Source: Octopus vulgaris | Lineage: Eukaryota | Assembly: GCA_951406725.2 (NCBI GenBank) | Contig: OX597816.1 | Coordinates: 94,674,001-94,738,000, forward strand | Direction: 5' to 3' | Length of the DNA: 64,000 bases | Part shown: positions 41,501 through 50,404 of the stretch, in pieces | How positions within the stretch are numbered: position 1 is the stretch's first letter | Layout: each line of letters starts with the position of its first letter | Program-made: the position numbers and the translations under genes | The notes under the pieces: model-generated | The model's input: the letters and a program-made list of their open reading frames with translations, nothing else | The model's database searches: none | Told to the model about the DNA's origin: nothing

Positions 41501-42888
41501 AGAAAACCAGTTTTTTTTAACCCATAAAAATTTAAGGTTTAATGTTTATAAATCTATTATACTGAAATGATTTCACATTAGTTATCACTGTTACTATTTC
41601 ACAGGAAGACCGTCCATCCAGCTGTGGCAACTCTAGTCAACCACCAACTGTAATTTCATTGCATCGTTCAATAATTGATCGTGGAGGGGATGGAGTCTTT
41701 CATATCAGAGGTAAACATGTTTGTATTTCTGAATAATTTGGAAGAAGAAGCATATATGTAGTTTTAATTTATTATTTAATGTTGATATAACATGAAGAAA
41801 GGTTCAGAAATGTGTTAACACATTAAGAAAGTAAATAATCAAAGGGAGAAAATGTATTAAAAAAAAAGAGTTGAAAGGCACATTTTAAGTGATATATAAC
41901 TTCTATTTAAATGAATGGGTTTTCAACTAAACAGTGCTTGATATAAATAAAAAGATGAGTTCTCATACTCAAATGATCTGTCTTTGCACATGTACTTGGA
42001 TAATTTCTTGTGTAGTTTTGATTACTGATTATAGGATGTAATACTAAGCTACTTAACACCTAAGTTTTTAGAGATAGCAAATAACTAGGAGGAAGCTCCT
42101 ATATCCATTTTCCGTCATTGTAATATAAATAACCTTACTGCTGTACATTACAAGGAAATTCTCTACTGGTGCTCAGTAATACTCTGTAGCAATTACTGTG
42201 TCCAGAGAAAATTTTTTGAATGATTTTAACTGAGGTGTCCAGTATTGAATCAAACTGACACTTACAGAATGTATGAAAGTAAATTCTGAACTAGATTTGA
42301 ACTTCCTTCAATTATTTTTTTTTAATATTATTTAAAAATGTTAACTCTCATACAATGTGATATTTCTTTTGACCAACAGGTGCTAAAGAGAGTGAATATT
42401 ACAAAAGGATCTCAAAATCATCCTCGATTACCAAAAATTCATCAGGTGAAAATCAAAACACCTTAGAAGCTGCTTTATATGGTTCTGTTAGTACTTCTAG
42501 TCGAATAATTGAACAGTTACATAATGAGAATGAAGAACTGGTATCTGTTAATAGAAAGCAAGCTGAAACTTTAGAGAATTATACAAAGCTTATGGCAGAA
42601 GTTGCCAGTTTGAAGGATGAAAACCAAAAACTTAAGGAATCTTTAGATGAAACAGTCTCTCAGATACAAGATTCTAATCAGAATTTCTCCTCAGAACATA
42701 TAACATCATTAGAAACTGAAAATCTGAAACTATTACAAAAGATTACTTACTTAGAAGAAGAAATACAAACATCTGTTAAAGAAAAGGACTCATTACTAGC
42801 AACAATGCACCTGCTTCAAGAAGAGTTGCTTTCATCAGAGCAACAACGCACCGGTTTCCAGCATCTACAAAGTCCTAATCAAGCATAA
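93..42888 (+). CDS. BLTP3: Bridge-like lipid transfer protein family member 3 (UHRF1BP1/UHRF1BP1L/SHIP164 homologue); 18 coding exons in window, first coding exon upstream
   Basis: Spliced translation follows the BLTP3 N-terminal chorein region (RFTKNLSPDKI..EGEL.NLELDE..LPTWL; WTKLKT.PICL; TCEEPRSPN; YGF.E; FKE.DWQ.TRIEA; LDDLLWVLT.TQLKA). All introns GT-AG with matching phases; exon total 4423 nt; ends in a coiled-coil exon and TAA at 42886-42888. Confidence 0.93.
1913..3521 (-). mobile_element. hAT (Buster/SPIN/GTF2IRD2-like) DNA transposon, internally deleted
   Basis: 15-bp TIRs caggggtcaccaaac / gtttggtgacccatg (1 mismatch); 8-bp TSD ttttacag / atttacag; ORF 2225-3289 has SLA.DES.D...AQL.VF.RG, TTTGEDI and LNLKLQG motifs. 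Confidence 0.9.
5545..6293 (+). mobile_element. Possible non-autonomous Helitron/Helentron-like element
   Basis: Follows a (TA)n/(TG)n tract; carries aactcctcccacacc..ctgattttaatgatttttggcaca (partly repeated near 5775); ends in a decayed hairpin plus CTAG at 6290-6293. Confidence 0.35.
6291..6443. repeat. Fold-back of (CA)n-(CAT)n plus retroposon tail
   Basis: taggata(ca)n..(cat)n gtcgtttaa / 13-nt loop / ttaaatgac(gat)n..(tg)n tatccta. Confidence 0.85.
8170..9426 (-). mobile_element. Mariner transposon, cecropia/Hsmar1-like, with both TIRs; transposase is a pseudogene
   Basis: TIRs ttaggttgtcaaggaagttcttgc / gcaagaactttcttgacaacctaa flanked by TA; WVPHKL, HDNARPH and YSPDLSPTDYHFF motifs; several in-frame stops between 8573 and 8717. 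Confidence 0.95.
9785..10867 (+). mobile_element. Tx1/L1-clade LINE 3' fragment (zf-RVT) with A-rich tail, interrupted by a SINE
   Basis: Translates to WQCYRGALPVRDKL..CPRCEQDRETVLHAIIQC..VW and AIAKEVIWKLR; caataaaaaaa near 10856-10866. Confidence 0.75.
10343..10646 (+). mobile_element. tRNA-derived SINE with (AAT)n tract and degenerate hammerhead core
   Basis: A-box-like tggcatagtga and B-box-like gagttcgattt (10382-10436); CTGATGA...GAAACGTT at 10557-10592; flanked by ttaccaacaggt / ttaccaaaaggt direct repeats. Confidence 0.7.
10920..10958 (+). CDS. BLTP3: BLTP3 39-nt exon IQWTKLKTQPICL
   Basis: ttttatAG acceptor, GTAAGT donor; matches the conserved WTKLKT.PICL motif. Confidence 0.9.
11796..11881 (+). 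CDS. BLTP3: BLTP3 exon YLDEVVLEVETCEEPRSPNNPQMPTSNV
   Basis: ctAG / GTGAGT; TCEEPRSPN motif; phase 0 to 2. Confidence 0.9.
11925..12235 (-). mobile_element. CR1/L2-type LINE 3' end
   Basis: RKHFFTLRVAEVWNNLPASVV....SFK C-terminal motif, 3' UTR and ATT-rich tail; related copies at 26461-26722 and 56400-56965. Confidence 0.8.
14506..14611 (+). CDS. BLTP3: BLTP3 exon PGKYGFVERAIDGIYVHINSVQVNFRSKTFQASLQ
   Basis: AG at 14504-14505, GTGAGT at 14612; phase 2 to 0. Confidence 0.88.
14899..14972. repeat. (TA)n microsatellite, representative of many (TA)n, (CA)n, (AAT)n and (GAT)n tracts
   Basis: Direct reading; others near 5497, 6501, 10450, 11339, 20022, 29550, 43540-43800 and 62405. Confidence 0.95.
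15546..15789 (+). CDS. BLTP3: BLTP3 exon MSRVKVHSV...IAVKKNMN
   Basis: tAG / GTAAGA; DLR.TR.KD..RGEV..FKE.DWQ.TRIEA motif. Confidence 0.92.
17300..17463 (+). CDS. BLTP3: BLTP3 exon CSIVSSRVILLLDDLLWVLTETQLKA...EKLK
   Basis: tttcAG / GTATGT; LDDLLWVLT motif. Confidence 0.92.
17521..17732. mobile_element. piggyBac-type MITE (about 212 bp)
   Basis: TTAA|ccctttagcatt ... aatgctaaagag|TTAA: 12-bp TIR with 1 mismatch and TTAA TSD. Confidence 0.75.
17905..18222 (-). mobile_element. tRNA-derived SINE, family A (other copies about 340-620 -, 20370-20745 +, 27672-27812 -, 29440-29665 +, 38470-38843 +, 55757-55880 +)
   Basis: Minus strand begins tggctgtgtggtaag...gttcagtcccactg (A/B boxes), then ggcaccttgggcaagtgtcttctactatag and a (TG)n body repeated across the window. 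Confidence 0.8.
18908..19088 (+). CDS. BLTP3: BLTP3 exon KQGHIASDQ...FDVLSTSYHLITSRIDLHLCDDMQPRK
   Basis: ttttcAG / GTAATT; FDV..TSYHL....DLH.CDD motif; open frame not listed in the ORF track. Confidence 0.9.
19320..19520 (-). repeat. Interspersed repeat, family D (copies about 7875-8060, 21555-21735, 31940-32040, 33265-33460, 37850-38030, 46235-46380)
   Basis: Recurrent motifs gac(c/t)tgctagaaatagcagccaaatctccctcaaatcacacc and ctttgatcatagg..tgcttgatcagggct; class not assignable; orientation arbitrary. Confidence 0.6.
20075..20293 (-). mobile_element. tRNA-derived SINE, family C (copies about 12660-12820 +, 14140-14230 -, 26315-26743 -, 28835-29025 -, 45120-45290 +)
   Basis: Shared core gaccctgaaaggatgaaaggc.aagttgacctt.gc.gaatttgaactca; B-box gagttcaaatt on the minus strand; (AAT)n tail. 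Confidence 0.75.
20899..20994 (+). CDS. BLTP3: BLTP3 exon SATTFCSKIEGGAMQVTLNKLSIDYYPFNPA
   Basis: ttccAG / GTAATT; GGAMQ and DYYPF motifs. Confidence 0.9.
21624..21829. repeat. Perfect 53-bp inverted repeat (fold-back)
   Basis: 21624-21676 is the exact reverse complement of 21777-21829. Confidence 0.95.
22899..23110. mobile_element. Tc1/mariner-type MITE (about 212 bp)
   Basis: 31-bp imperfect TIRs tagggtagcccaaaattaggtttacagttat / ataactgtaaacctacttttgggtcaccctg, flanked by TA. Confidence 0.8.
24207..24324. repeat. 118-nt near-perfect hairpin
   Basis: 24207-24248 pairs exactly with 24283-24324; inner agagtttcat/atgaaactct stem with an 8-nt loop. Confidence 0.95.
25331..25486 (+). CDS. 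BLTP3: BLTP3 exon GERKQWYRYSDQVGSRNHWV...SPSHST
   Basis: ttgtAG / GTAATT; phase 1 to 1. Confidence 0.87.
26461..26722 (-). mobile_element. CR1/L2 3' fragment nested in a family-C SINE
   Basis: Close match to 11925-12185; the SINE sequence stops at 26460 and resumes (gattctgccagctc) at 26723. Confidence 0.8.
26979..27359 (+). CDS. BLTP3: BLTP3 exon: Ser-rich linker then LLESCFVL...STAD...HMEFTEYYYPEGVNLP
   Basis: ttacAG / GTAAGT; conserved STAD and EFTEYY.P motifs. Confidence 0.92.
28000..28246 (+). mobile_element. RTE-tailed retroposon/SINE, family B (copies about 7365-7625 +, 15942-16170 +, 16215-16400 -, 30168-30695 -, 31050-31230 +, 40335-40602 +, 47235-47390 +, 48520-48945 -)
   Basis: ggttggcgttaggaagggcatccagc..aacccatgctagcatggagaacggacgttaaacgatgatgat tail; the same 3' sequence is joined to RTE coding sequence at 53337-54145. 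Confidence 0.8.
28622..28728 (+). CDS. BLTP3: BLTP3 exon PHANLYVLLNPVQLRVDYLTLLWLNYFVLQLSKNL
   Basis: tttttcAG / GTTAGT; P.NLY..LN and LWLN.F motifs. Confidence 0.9.
31818..31880 (+). CDS. BLTP3: BLTP3 63-nt exon KENTDGPREHIDIKFEALMPK
   Basis: ttttcAG / GTAAGT; EH.D....LM.K motif. Confidence 0.85.
33657..34653 (+). CDS. BLTP3: BLTP3 997-nt exon (LLIPAE...HYQYLFMLRL...GWPN)
   Basis: ctccAG at 33655-33656, GTAAGT at 34654; contains ORF 33735-34721 with PF.ESFP and HYQYLF.LRL motifs. Confidence 0.92.
35017..35624 (+). CDS. BLTP3: BLTP3 608-nt Ser/acid-rich, probably disordered exon
   Basis: ttgcAG / GTATGT; phase 1 to 0; lies inside ORF 35004-35714. Confidence 0.85.
35734..36798 (-). mobile_element. 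piggyBac deletion derivative (1.07 kb)
   Basis: TTAA|CCCTTTCGTTAC ... GTAACGAAAGGG|TTAA perfect 12-bp TIRs; subterminal ttcgggcggttt repeats; ORF 36103-36342 has piggyBac N-terminal motifs (DYFFLLF..ETNRYA..W.PIT..EIK). Confidence 0.88.
38217..38373 (+). CDS. BLTP3: BLTP3 exon INVSIFHLSRTEAFVQ...RKFTSSK
   Basis: tttttttcAG / GTATTT; open frame; phase 0 to 1. Confidence 0.82.
39546..39805 (+). CDS. BLTP3: BLTP3 exon LQYETKSMSTAQFPVRLKYMIGPG...LIEDE...LTLQ
   Basis: ttAG / GTAAGG; GPG, GFL and IEDE motifs of the C-terminal region. Confidence 0.87.
40920..41470 (-). mobile_element. Mariner remnant (second subfamily): 5' TIR plus HTH region
   Basis: TA|ctgggttagcaagaatgtaatttcgttttt TIR; degraded translation EICEVYG..KFRSGDFSLKDD..TEVDDDQIKAI..EIAERLNVSHTTI..KKLDIW. 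Confidence 0.75.
41605..41710 (+). CDS. BLTP3: BLTP3 exon EDRPSSCGNSSQPPTVISLHRSIIDRGGDGVFHIR
   Basis: cacAG / GTAAAC; R..DG.FHIR motif. Confidence 0.87.
42380..42888 (+). CDS. BLTP3: BLTP3 terminal exon, C-terminal coiled coil
   Basis: aacAG at 42378-42379; frame continuous into ORF 42592-42888 (heptad-like E/K/L/Q); stop TAA. Confidence 0.88.
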
Positions 42889-43593
42889 TTTATTTAAATT
42901 ATCCTGCGTAACAGACTTTGAAGGTCTCACAGACTGTTGCTTCTGATTTTACTGGTTACCCATTCAATATCATTTAGTTTTTCCTTTATAGCAAGATATC
43001 TGCCGGAATACAACATGATGTATAGAATGGTTCCTTGGCAAGTTTCTATAATCTATCTTATATTTATTCAATTCTTTAAAAAATGACAAGGTTTTTGTTT
43101 TAATCCCCATTTTGTAATGCAATGGAAATAACATAGAGATAGTTAAGAATTGATAATGAGATTAGAAAGGTAATAGTTTTTCTAACATTTTGTCAGTTAT
43201 ACTATAAGTATTCTGATGAGATCATAATGAATGATTTATTTATTTCAAAATGAAATGCAACACTTGCAGTTTTTCATCTAAATTTCATTCTAATTTTCTC
43301 GGAAGGAATGGAACATTTACTTGTATTGCTATTAAGTAGTACTATTTCTTCTACTACATTTGTTAGGGTATTAAGAAAATTAGAAAATAACCTAGATCTA
43401 TTTTAGTTTCACTATCAGTTTCATGTAAGTGATGCTATCTGGTTGTAGTTCTGAAACAGTTTACTGTATATAGGTGTTTGTGTACACTTTTGCGTATACA
43501 CACTGCTATGTAATATATATTTGGTTGTAAATAGTTGTCTTTGTGTGTGTGTGTGTGTGTGTATGAGCATGTGTGTATGCATGCCTATATGTA

Positions 43594-43627
<34 letters not shown>

Positions 43628-43636
43628 CACACACAA

Positions 43637-43674
<38 letters not shown>

Positions 43675-43763
43675 AGTTTGTAAATACTTTAATATAATTG
43701 AAAGATGTATTTCTGGTGTATGTGTAGTGAATTATGGAAAAAGGAATTCATTTTATATATATG

Positions 43764-43801
<38 letters not shown>

Positions 43802-46800
43802 GAGTTAAAGTGCTGGACTAGAGTCAAACCTTATATCAGCTGTTGTGCTGTGCCCCTGAGCAAAGGACATAACTCTATTCTTTCGATTGAAACTGACAAA
43901 AACAGGTTCTATCCTACTTCATGGTTGAGTGCTTAGTGGTAAAAACAATTGCTCTAATAAAAGAAAAATCATCTTTCGCATGAATGCATGGAAAACTGAA
44001 TGTTAAACAGTTAAATATATTAAGTATGGAAAGATAAAATATATATACATGAAGCAAATGTTTAAACATAAGACAAATGAATTCTTACAAGGTGTTGGGG
44101 AAATTCCTCAAGAATTACTTTGAGCCAGACAATCTTCCATGTGACTGCAGAACTTCTGGACATATCTAATGTAATAGTGAAATACACTGAATACCAATGA
44201 GAGGCTAAGGTACCGGAGAATGATATAAATTCAATGAGAGTGTCACCTCTGTTGGTCCAATGATCAATACATTATGTCACATTTCAAAGATTAGGCTTTT
44301 GCAATTAAAAAAAATATTAAAAAACTTTAAGCAGTGCACTCCACTTGTGACTGGAAATACTGATTGTACTACATTTCTATGCACCTTATCACGCACATAG
44401 ATGATGCTCGCATGTCGGCACTCAGTGTGTAGCAGTGGGAGATGTAGGGTATTGTTTCCAAAGTCTTTCTCTGATATAATTCAATATTTTGACTGAGTCA
44501 GTTGACAAAATAGAATTATTTATCAAAGGTTTTTGGCATATGAAATATGCCAGACACATTTGTTTTACACAAATGCTTCCACTACACTGTCAATGATTTC
44601 AGTTGTGTCACAGTTTCTTCAGAGAAACTGATTAGTGTTGTGTGTTATGTGGAGTTATTTGGTGTAGTGTGGTATGTTACTGAGTAACACCAGTCAACTC
44701 TGCTCCATCAAACTTATGGCAGCTGATTAATCTTATGGCATGAGAACAGAGTGGTATGTGATATAGAATTGCATTTGGTGTGTTGTGTGATGTTTGTGTT
44801 TTGTGAGACCCCCTGTAAAGTAATCAGCTACTATGATATATCAGGGTCCAATATCGTGCAGGAACATGCTGGTTCCTAGTAACTTCAGATGTGGTTGTCT
44901 AAGGTTGCACTAAAGTTCACTGGGTATCTTCTGACTTTCTTTGTCTAAGATGAGAACCACTGCTAAATTTAGTCATTAGAAAAATATGAAGATAAAGAAT
45001 ATCTGATAATAAATTTAGCAGTCACTGTGTTAAATAAGTTACCTCCATAAACACCTAGTCTCTATTCGGCTTTAAAAAAAAAGTTGTCATTAAAGGTATT
45101 ACTATCCATTGTTTTATCAGTGAGGTGGTGTAGATGGTATAGAGCCTGATCAGATGCTTTATGGTTGTTAAATGTCTCATGTTTCTGAGTTTAGATTCCA
45201 TCAAGTTTGATGTTACCCCTTATTCTCTTATTGGGTATTGGTAAAATAAATTCCAATACTGAGATGAAATCAGTTGACTATACCTTCTCTTTCACAACAT
45301 GACTATGTTGGTTTTGATCTTTAAAAAGATTTATTTGGAAATTGGTGAATAATAATTTGTCATCTAGTTGTGTTGTAGTAATTATAAATAGATCAAATCA
45401 GTACAAATGTACACATGTGTGTGTATAATATATAAAATGTAATTTGTTTTGTCTTAAACTTCACGTTCTACTGAAAGAAACTAGTGTTGTTATGAAGCTT
45501 AGACACTTCGGTTAGAAATAACTTCACCCTGTCTGATCTTGTAACCCAGAAGTTTACTAAGCTGAAAGAAGCTGTTGTCCAAATATATGACCCACCCTAT
45601 CACTTGCCTGTATCTATATGAACACTGTACACACATTGCCAAAATATTGCAACTGAAGAAGTTTTAGTGCAGAGTCTACAAAGAAGGTTTCAATAAATAT
45701 TTTTAAAAGTTAAAAGCAGAAGTCTTTCTTTAATTCCACTTTGTGTGAGTAGGCTGAGAATGAGAGAAAAGACCATTTGTGTGTGGTGCCAACTTCACTG
45801 TAGTGTTCATTTCATTTCATTTCATTTGAGTTTGAGTCCATGCTCAGGCCAAGTCGAAGACTCCACCCTCAGTCTGGTGTGGTTGCCAGGTTGTATTCTC
45901 TGTTTAATTTTGACATGTGTAGGAGCGAGTTTGAGTCAGTTTGTGCTCGTTGTGTATATCCTGGGAGATGGGGTTCGATCAGTTATACAATAAAAAACAC
46001 AAATGTTTAATCCCAGTCATGACAAACATTTTGACGTGTCCTGTGCTTAATAAATACTGTGACATCAAAGAAACAGATTCTCTGACAAACGAATTCATCT
46101 TAATTTTCCATATCTTGAGACACTTATAGTTGTCTGTGCATCTCTATTCAATGTAACTAAGTAAGCTGCTTAATTAGATGGAAGAGCATAACCAACTTAT
46201 CTAAATGCAGCCCTGAGCCAACGAGAGAGCTTCTATTCAACAACTTGACTTGCTAGAAACGGGAGCTAAATATCCCTCAAATCACACCCTAGTGGCATAG
46301 GTATGCTGTACTTATGAAAATGTGATTATTGTTAGAATGTCTTTGATCATATCTCTGTGCTATCAAGGCTGAACAACAATTGCTGGTCTAAAGAAGGAAC
46401 AGAACCAAAATGTTACTTGTATCTTTTTTGTATTTCTGTATATTCATCAACAAAAGGAAACAGTAGAAACTACAAAGTATAATTTTCATTTTCTGAAAAA
46501 TCCACGGTACAGTTCCCCTAACTTCTGTTTCTTTTAATGGCTCTAGAGGAAGAAGAGCAACATCAATGTTCTTGTGATGTTGGGGATGAGAGAAGAAAAA
46601 AGCACAACTCTACAGGTGGCAATATAAGTAGGATATTGAGTTATCTTCATTCCAGAGACTTGGTTCAAATATTTGCAACAGAACAGAATCCCCTAAAGGT
46701 ACACGAGCCAGTTGGCGGTGTTAAATGAGGGTAAATAATTAGATCTACTATCCAACACAAAGTGTTATACCTAAAACAAGGTACTCCACTGTGCTACCTA

Positions 46801-49214
46801 TATGAATCAACTAAATTGACCAGTACTGATATATCACCATTGAGCAGCTAATAGTAATCAGGACATCAAGCCCCCAGCTAGTAGTAGTAAGGATATCTAG
46901 TCCCGTTCTTTAGGAGCAATCTATAGTGAGCTAATAGTAGTAAGGACATCAACCCCCACCAGTTAATAGTAGTAAAGATATCCAGCTTCATCCTTTGAGA
47001 GCAATCTATAGTGTTCACTTTTGTTTTGGATATATTATCTGTACATTTAAGGTCTTGTTACATTGTAGTCCCTACTTCAAAAGTTGCAATATGAAGAGAA
47101 GTTTTAAGGAAGATTTGGAAGCTTCAATAACTACATTAGTAACTTCTTCAAGTTCCTAAGTCCCAGTAACAATCTTTCATATAAACATTCAATAATTAGA
47201 AGGATGACTATCTTACAGGTACATGGTAACTTCACAAGTGTTGGTGCTACATAAAAAGCACCCAGTACACTCTGTTAAGTGGTTGGCATTAGTAAGGATA
47301 TCCAGCCATAGAAACCATGCCAAAACAATAAAATGTGGTGGAACCTTCTGGCTTGTGTGTTCTTGTCAAGCCATCCAACCCATGCCAGCTTGAAGAAAAA
47401 GGCAGATCTTTTTCATTTGCTTCCAACCACTTGAAGATTTTTCAATTCTCAATGGATTGTTTTCAAATTTTTCACAGATGTAGTTTTGCATGCTGATGAT
47501 GAATAATAACTAACAAGAGAGAAGTATTTAGTTGTATATTTTTAGTTAATGAAATGAGTTGTGTTCTCACAAGTGGAAGCTGAATATGTCTGCTGCCATG
47601 GCAACTAAGTTGCCATAACTACAAACAATATCATTGAAAATGAAGAAAGGAAGCTTGAGGCTTTTTTTTAAAAAAAAAAAAGAATTTAATGAAAGAAAAG
47701 AAAACAAAAATGGATTTTTTAAAAAGAAAAAAGAATTTAAAAATGTAAATAAGGAAATAATTTTTTCTTGAAGATTTATATTTATATACAATAATAATAT
47801 TATTGCCATAGTCAGTTTTTTGACATGCTGCTAGAATTAACAGCCAAAACAAAACAAAAATATTGAAATTAGTGAATATGAGATATACCTTGCAGTATCT
47901 TTTCAAACAAGTCTTGTTTTGAATACATGTAGCACCACATAAATTGCAGAGATACAAGTCCACTGAAGAATGATGAAAGCCACAGCATCATTTATTTCCT
48001 CATTTCAGACAGGCTCAAATGCTTTCTGCTTATTGAGTATGGGTCCTGTCCTGCAAGTTTACAAACTTGACTCTGTAGTTCACCATTCTATTGCGAAATT
48101 AGTATCCTGGTATCTCAGGAATATGTGAGTATGCATGCCATGGGTCACTGTAAATAGTTGTTCCTAACAAAATTGATTGACAAATGAATTCTTTGAGTGT
48201 ATTATGATCTCAAGATAGTATGGGGAAAAGAAAAACTTCTTGAGTTTCATGACACACAATGCTGAAAACCCACTGTTTGAGTAGCATTTGATCTGTTTTA
48301 TTTTCTTGAAAAGCCCGTTTTGTCTATTTCAACACTTCTGCTAGGAGCACCAATTTCTGTTGGTTTGCATAGCAAATTGTCTGCTGCAGTCACACCAATT
48401 CCTAATTCTAAGTGAAAGGGTTTCCCTTTCCAGCCACATATTTCTTCTGACAGACACAGACTCTCGGCATTGTCTCTTACTACACTTCCAGTATATGCAG
48501 CCATGTTGTTGTTTGTTATATCATCATCATCATCGTTTAACGTCCATTTTCTCAGGTGGCATGGGCTGGACAGTTTGACTGGGGACTGGCAAGCCAGGAA
48601 GCTGCACCAGGCTACAATCTGATGTGGCTATGTTTCTACAGCTGGATGGCCTTCCTAATGCCAACCACTCCACTCTGAGAGTGTAGTGGGTCCTTTTTAC
48701 GTGCCACTAGTACAGGAGCCAGTCAGACAGCACTGGAATTGTTCATGTTCGGATGGTGCTTTTTATGTGTCACCGGCACAGGGAGCCAGTCAGATGGATC
48801 TGGCAGCGACCCATGCATGAATGGTGCTTATTGCATTCCACCAGCACTAGTAATGGCCACAACTACAATTTCCATTTGATTTGATTTTGATTTGACTTAA
48901 TAGGTCTCCTGAAGCATGGATTGTTGCCCGACGATTCAAAGGTACTTTTTATGTTCAAAAGAATTAAGTTGTCATGACAACAAACAGTTTTGACTTCCAC
49001 CGCGAGGGTAGTGGCTTAAATTTCATTGGCTAAAAATACATAACTTTAAATGCTTCTAACTTCTTTATTTAAAAATTTTCCAAAATAATAACTGCAATAT
49101 TTGATATCAGCATGCTAAACTATATCAAATGTACATTTTTTGAAAATGTTCAGATTAAGATTGTTGAAAGCAAATGAAAAAAATCAAAAAAGGACTTTAA
49201 ATGATGATGATGAT

Positions 49215-49910
49215 GATATTTTGTTTGAGTCAGCATCTTGCAACTTAGAGTTTCACTTTCTTCAGGCAAATTGTGAGTGGAAAATCAATGGGATTATCAC
49301 ATTTATAGTTTTCTAGTCATAGGGTGTGAATGTGGGGAGAAAGAATGATAAAAGAAGGGAGAAAGGAAGAGAAAACAGGGAAAAGTAACAGACAGAAAAT
49401 GAGAGTAAAAAGACTGAGAAAGTAGAGTGAAAGGAAGACAAGAGGCAAAAAAATGGAGAAAAATAGAAAAAAGAGAGAGATTTTTTTTCTTTTTAATTTA
49501 TTTTACTTTATTCCTTCTGAACTATTGACCATTTCTCCAGAACAGTACACTCCTAAAATTCTTTGTATCTATTCTACATTTTGTTTACTCTTTTGCCACC
49601 TTACTCATTCTTAATTTAGCATCTCTGCTATTTCAACTGTTATATTTTTCATTCATTACTTCTTGTAGTTCATGTGCTATCCCATCCTGTATGCATCTTA
49701 CACCTGTTTTCTCTTTTCCTTTCCTTTTCTCCTTATCTTCCTTTCATTTCATTTTTTTTTCTATTAGTCTCTTCCCTTTTCCCCTCCTTTATACTTCTTA
49801 CCATTGAAAAGTACAAAGCCCATCTCTTTTCCAGTTACAACATGCCTGAAGATCTTGTGAACCTACAGGTAAAACTCAGAGTAGCAAGAGACTGATTCAA
49901 CCAAAATAAC
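49215..49910. mobile_element. Old inverted pair of Penelope pLTR/retrozyme-like units with degenerate hammerheads
   Basis: Minus 49269-49238: ttgc CTGAAGA aagt GAAA ctctaag TT gcaa. Plus 49843-49886: tgc CTGAAGA tcttgtgaacctacaggt AAAA ctcagag TA gca. Downstream flanks are homologous; purine and pyrimidine tracts mirror each other between them. Confidence 0.55.
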
Positions 49911-49999
49911 ATAACATTAACCTCTATCATGATTTTGACTACTCTTTTTTGACAGTTAATACTAAACGAATATATATATCATCATAAGAATATATATAT

Positions 50000-50404
50000 A
50001 GCAATAATAATTCTCTAAACGAGATATAGACAGTAACTGCTCCATAACAAAAGGGACATTAGCCATTTGAATGTGGCTTAGAGAATTATTATTGCTGTCG
50101 AATAGATTTTCGAAATCAGTAAATGTATTTACGTGAAAATCTATATATAAATATCCTGCACAGAGAGTCGTTCGTTGAGGGGCGGTGCCTACCATACGTT
50201 GACGAGAGGCAAACACCTCGAAACCTGGGTCCGTATGTGGCATCCACTTCTTCGGGGAATGATCTCCCTTTGCAGGATAGAGGACACCGTGAAGGTGTCA
50301 GCCTATCTGGTGACGTTGATGATCGCCTGGGGCTAAATGCATCAGTAACACCCCCACCGCCCTGCCCTGTCCCTAGCCACATTCAAATGGCTAATGTCCC
50401 TTTT
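50000..50404 (+). mobile_element. Retrozyme/Penelope-pLTR-like element (about 357-nt unit with an inverted 5' segment)
   Basis: Perfect interlocked inverted repeats 50000-50018/50078-50096 and 50049-50078/50375-50404; GC/CpG-rich body; hammerhead inside; flanked by (TA)n. Confidence 0.75.
50193..50237 (+). ncRNA. Type I hammerhead ribozyme motif (C3U variant)
   Basis: catacg TTGACGA gagg-caaaca-cctc GAAA cctggg TC cgtatg: 6-bp stem I, 4-bp stem II, near-palindromic stem III, GUC cleavage triplet. Confidence 0.8.

Noticed and set aside
43212-43245. CTGATGA gatcat..atgatt downstream of the BLTP3 stop as a hammerhead
   Set aside because: No GAAA or NUH after the putative stem II.
46380-48510. 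Possible second gene (short ORFs 46537-46728, 47631-47963, 48298-48504)
   Set aside because: No recognisable homology and no chain of phase-compatible exons.
50000-50404. DIRS-type ITR/ICR interpretation of the interlocked inverted repeats
   Set aside because: An ICR should be complementary to the end-to-start circle junction (order A'B'); the observed order is B'A', which fits a permuted unit with a 5' inversion instead.
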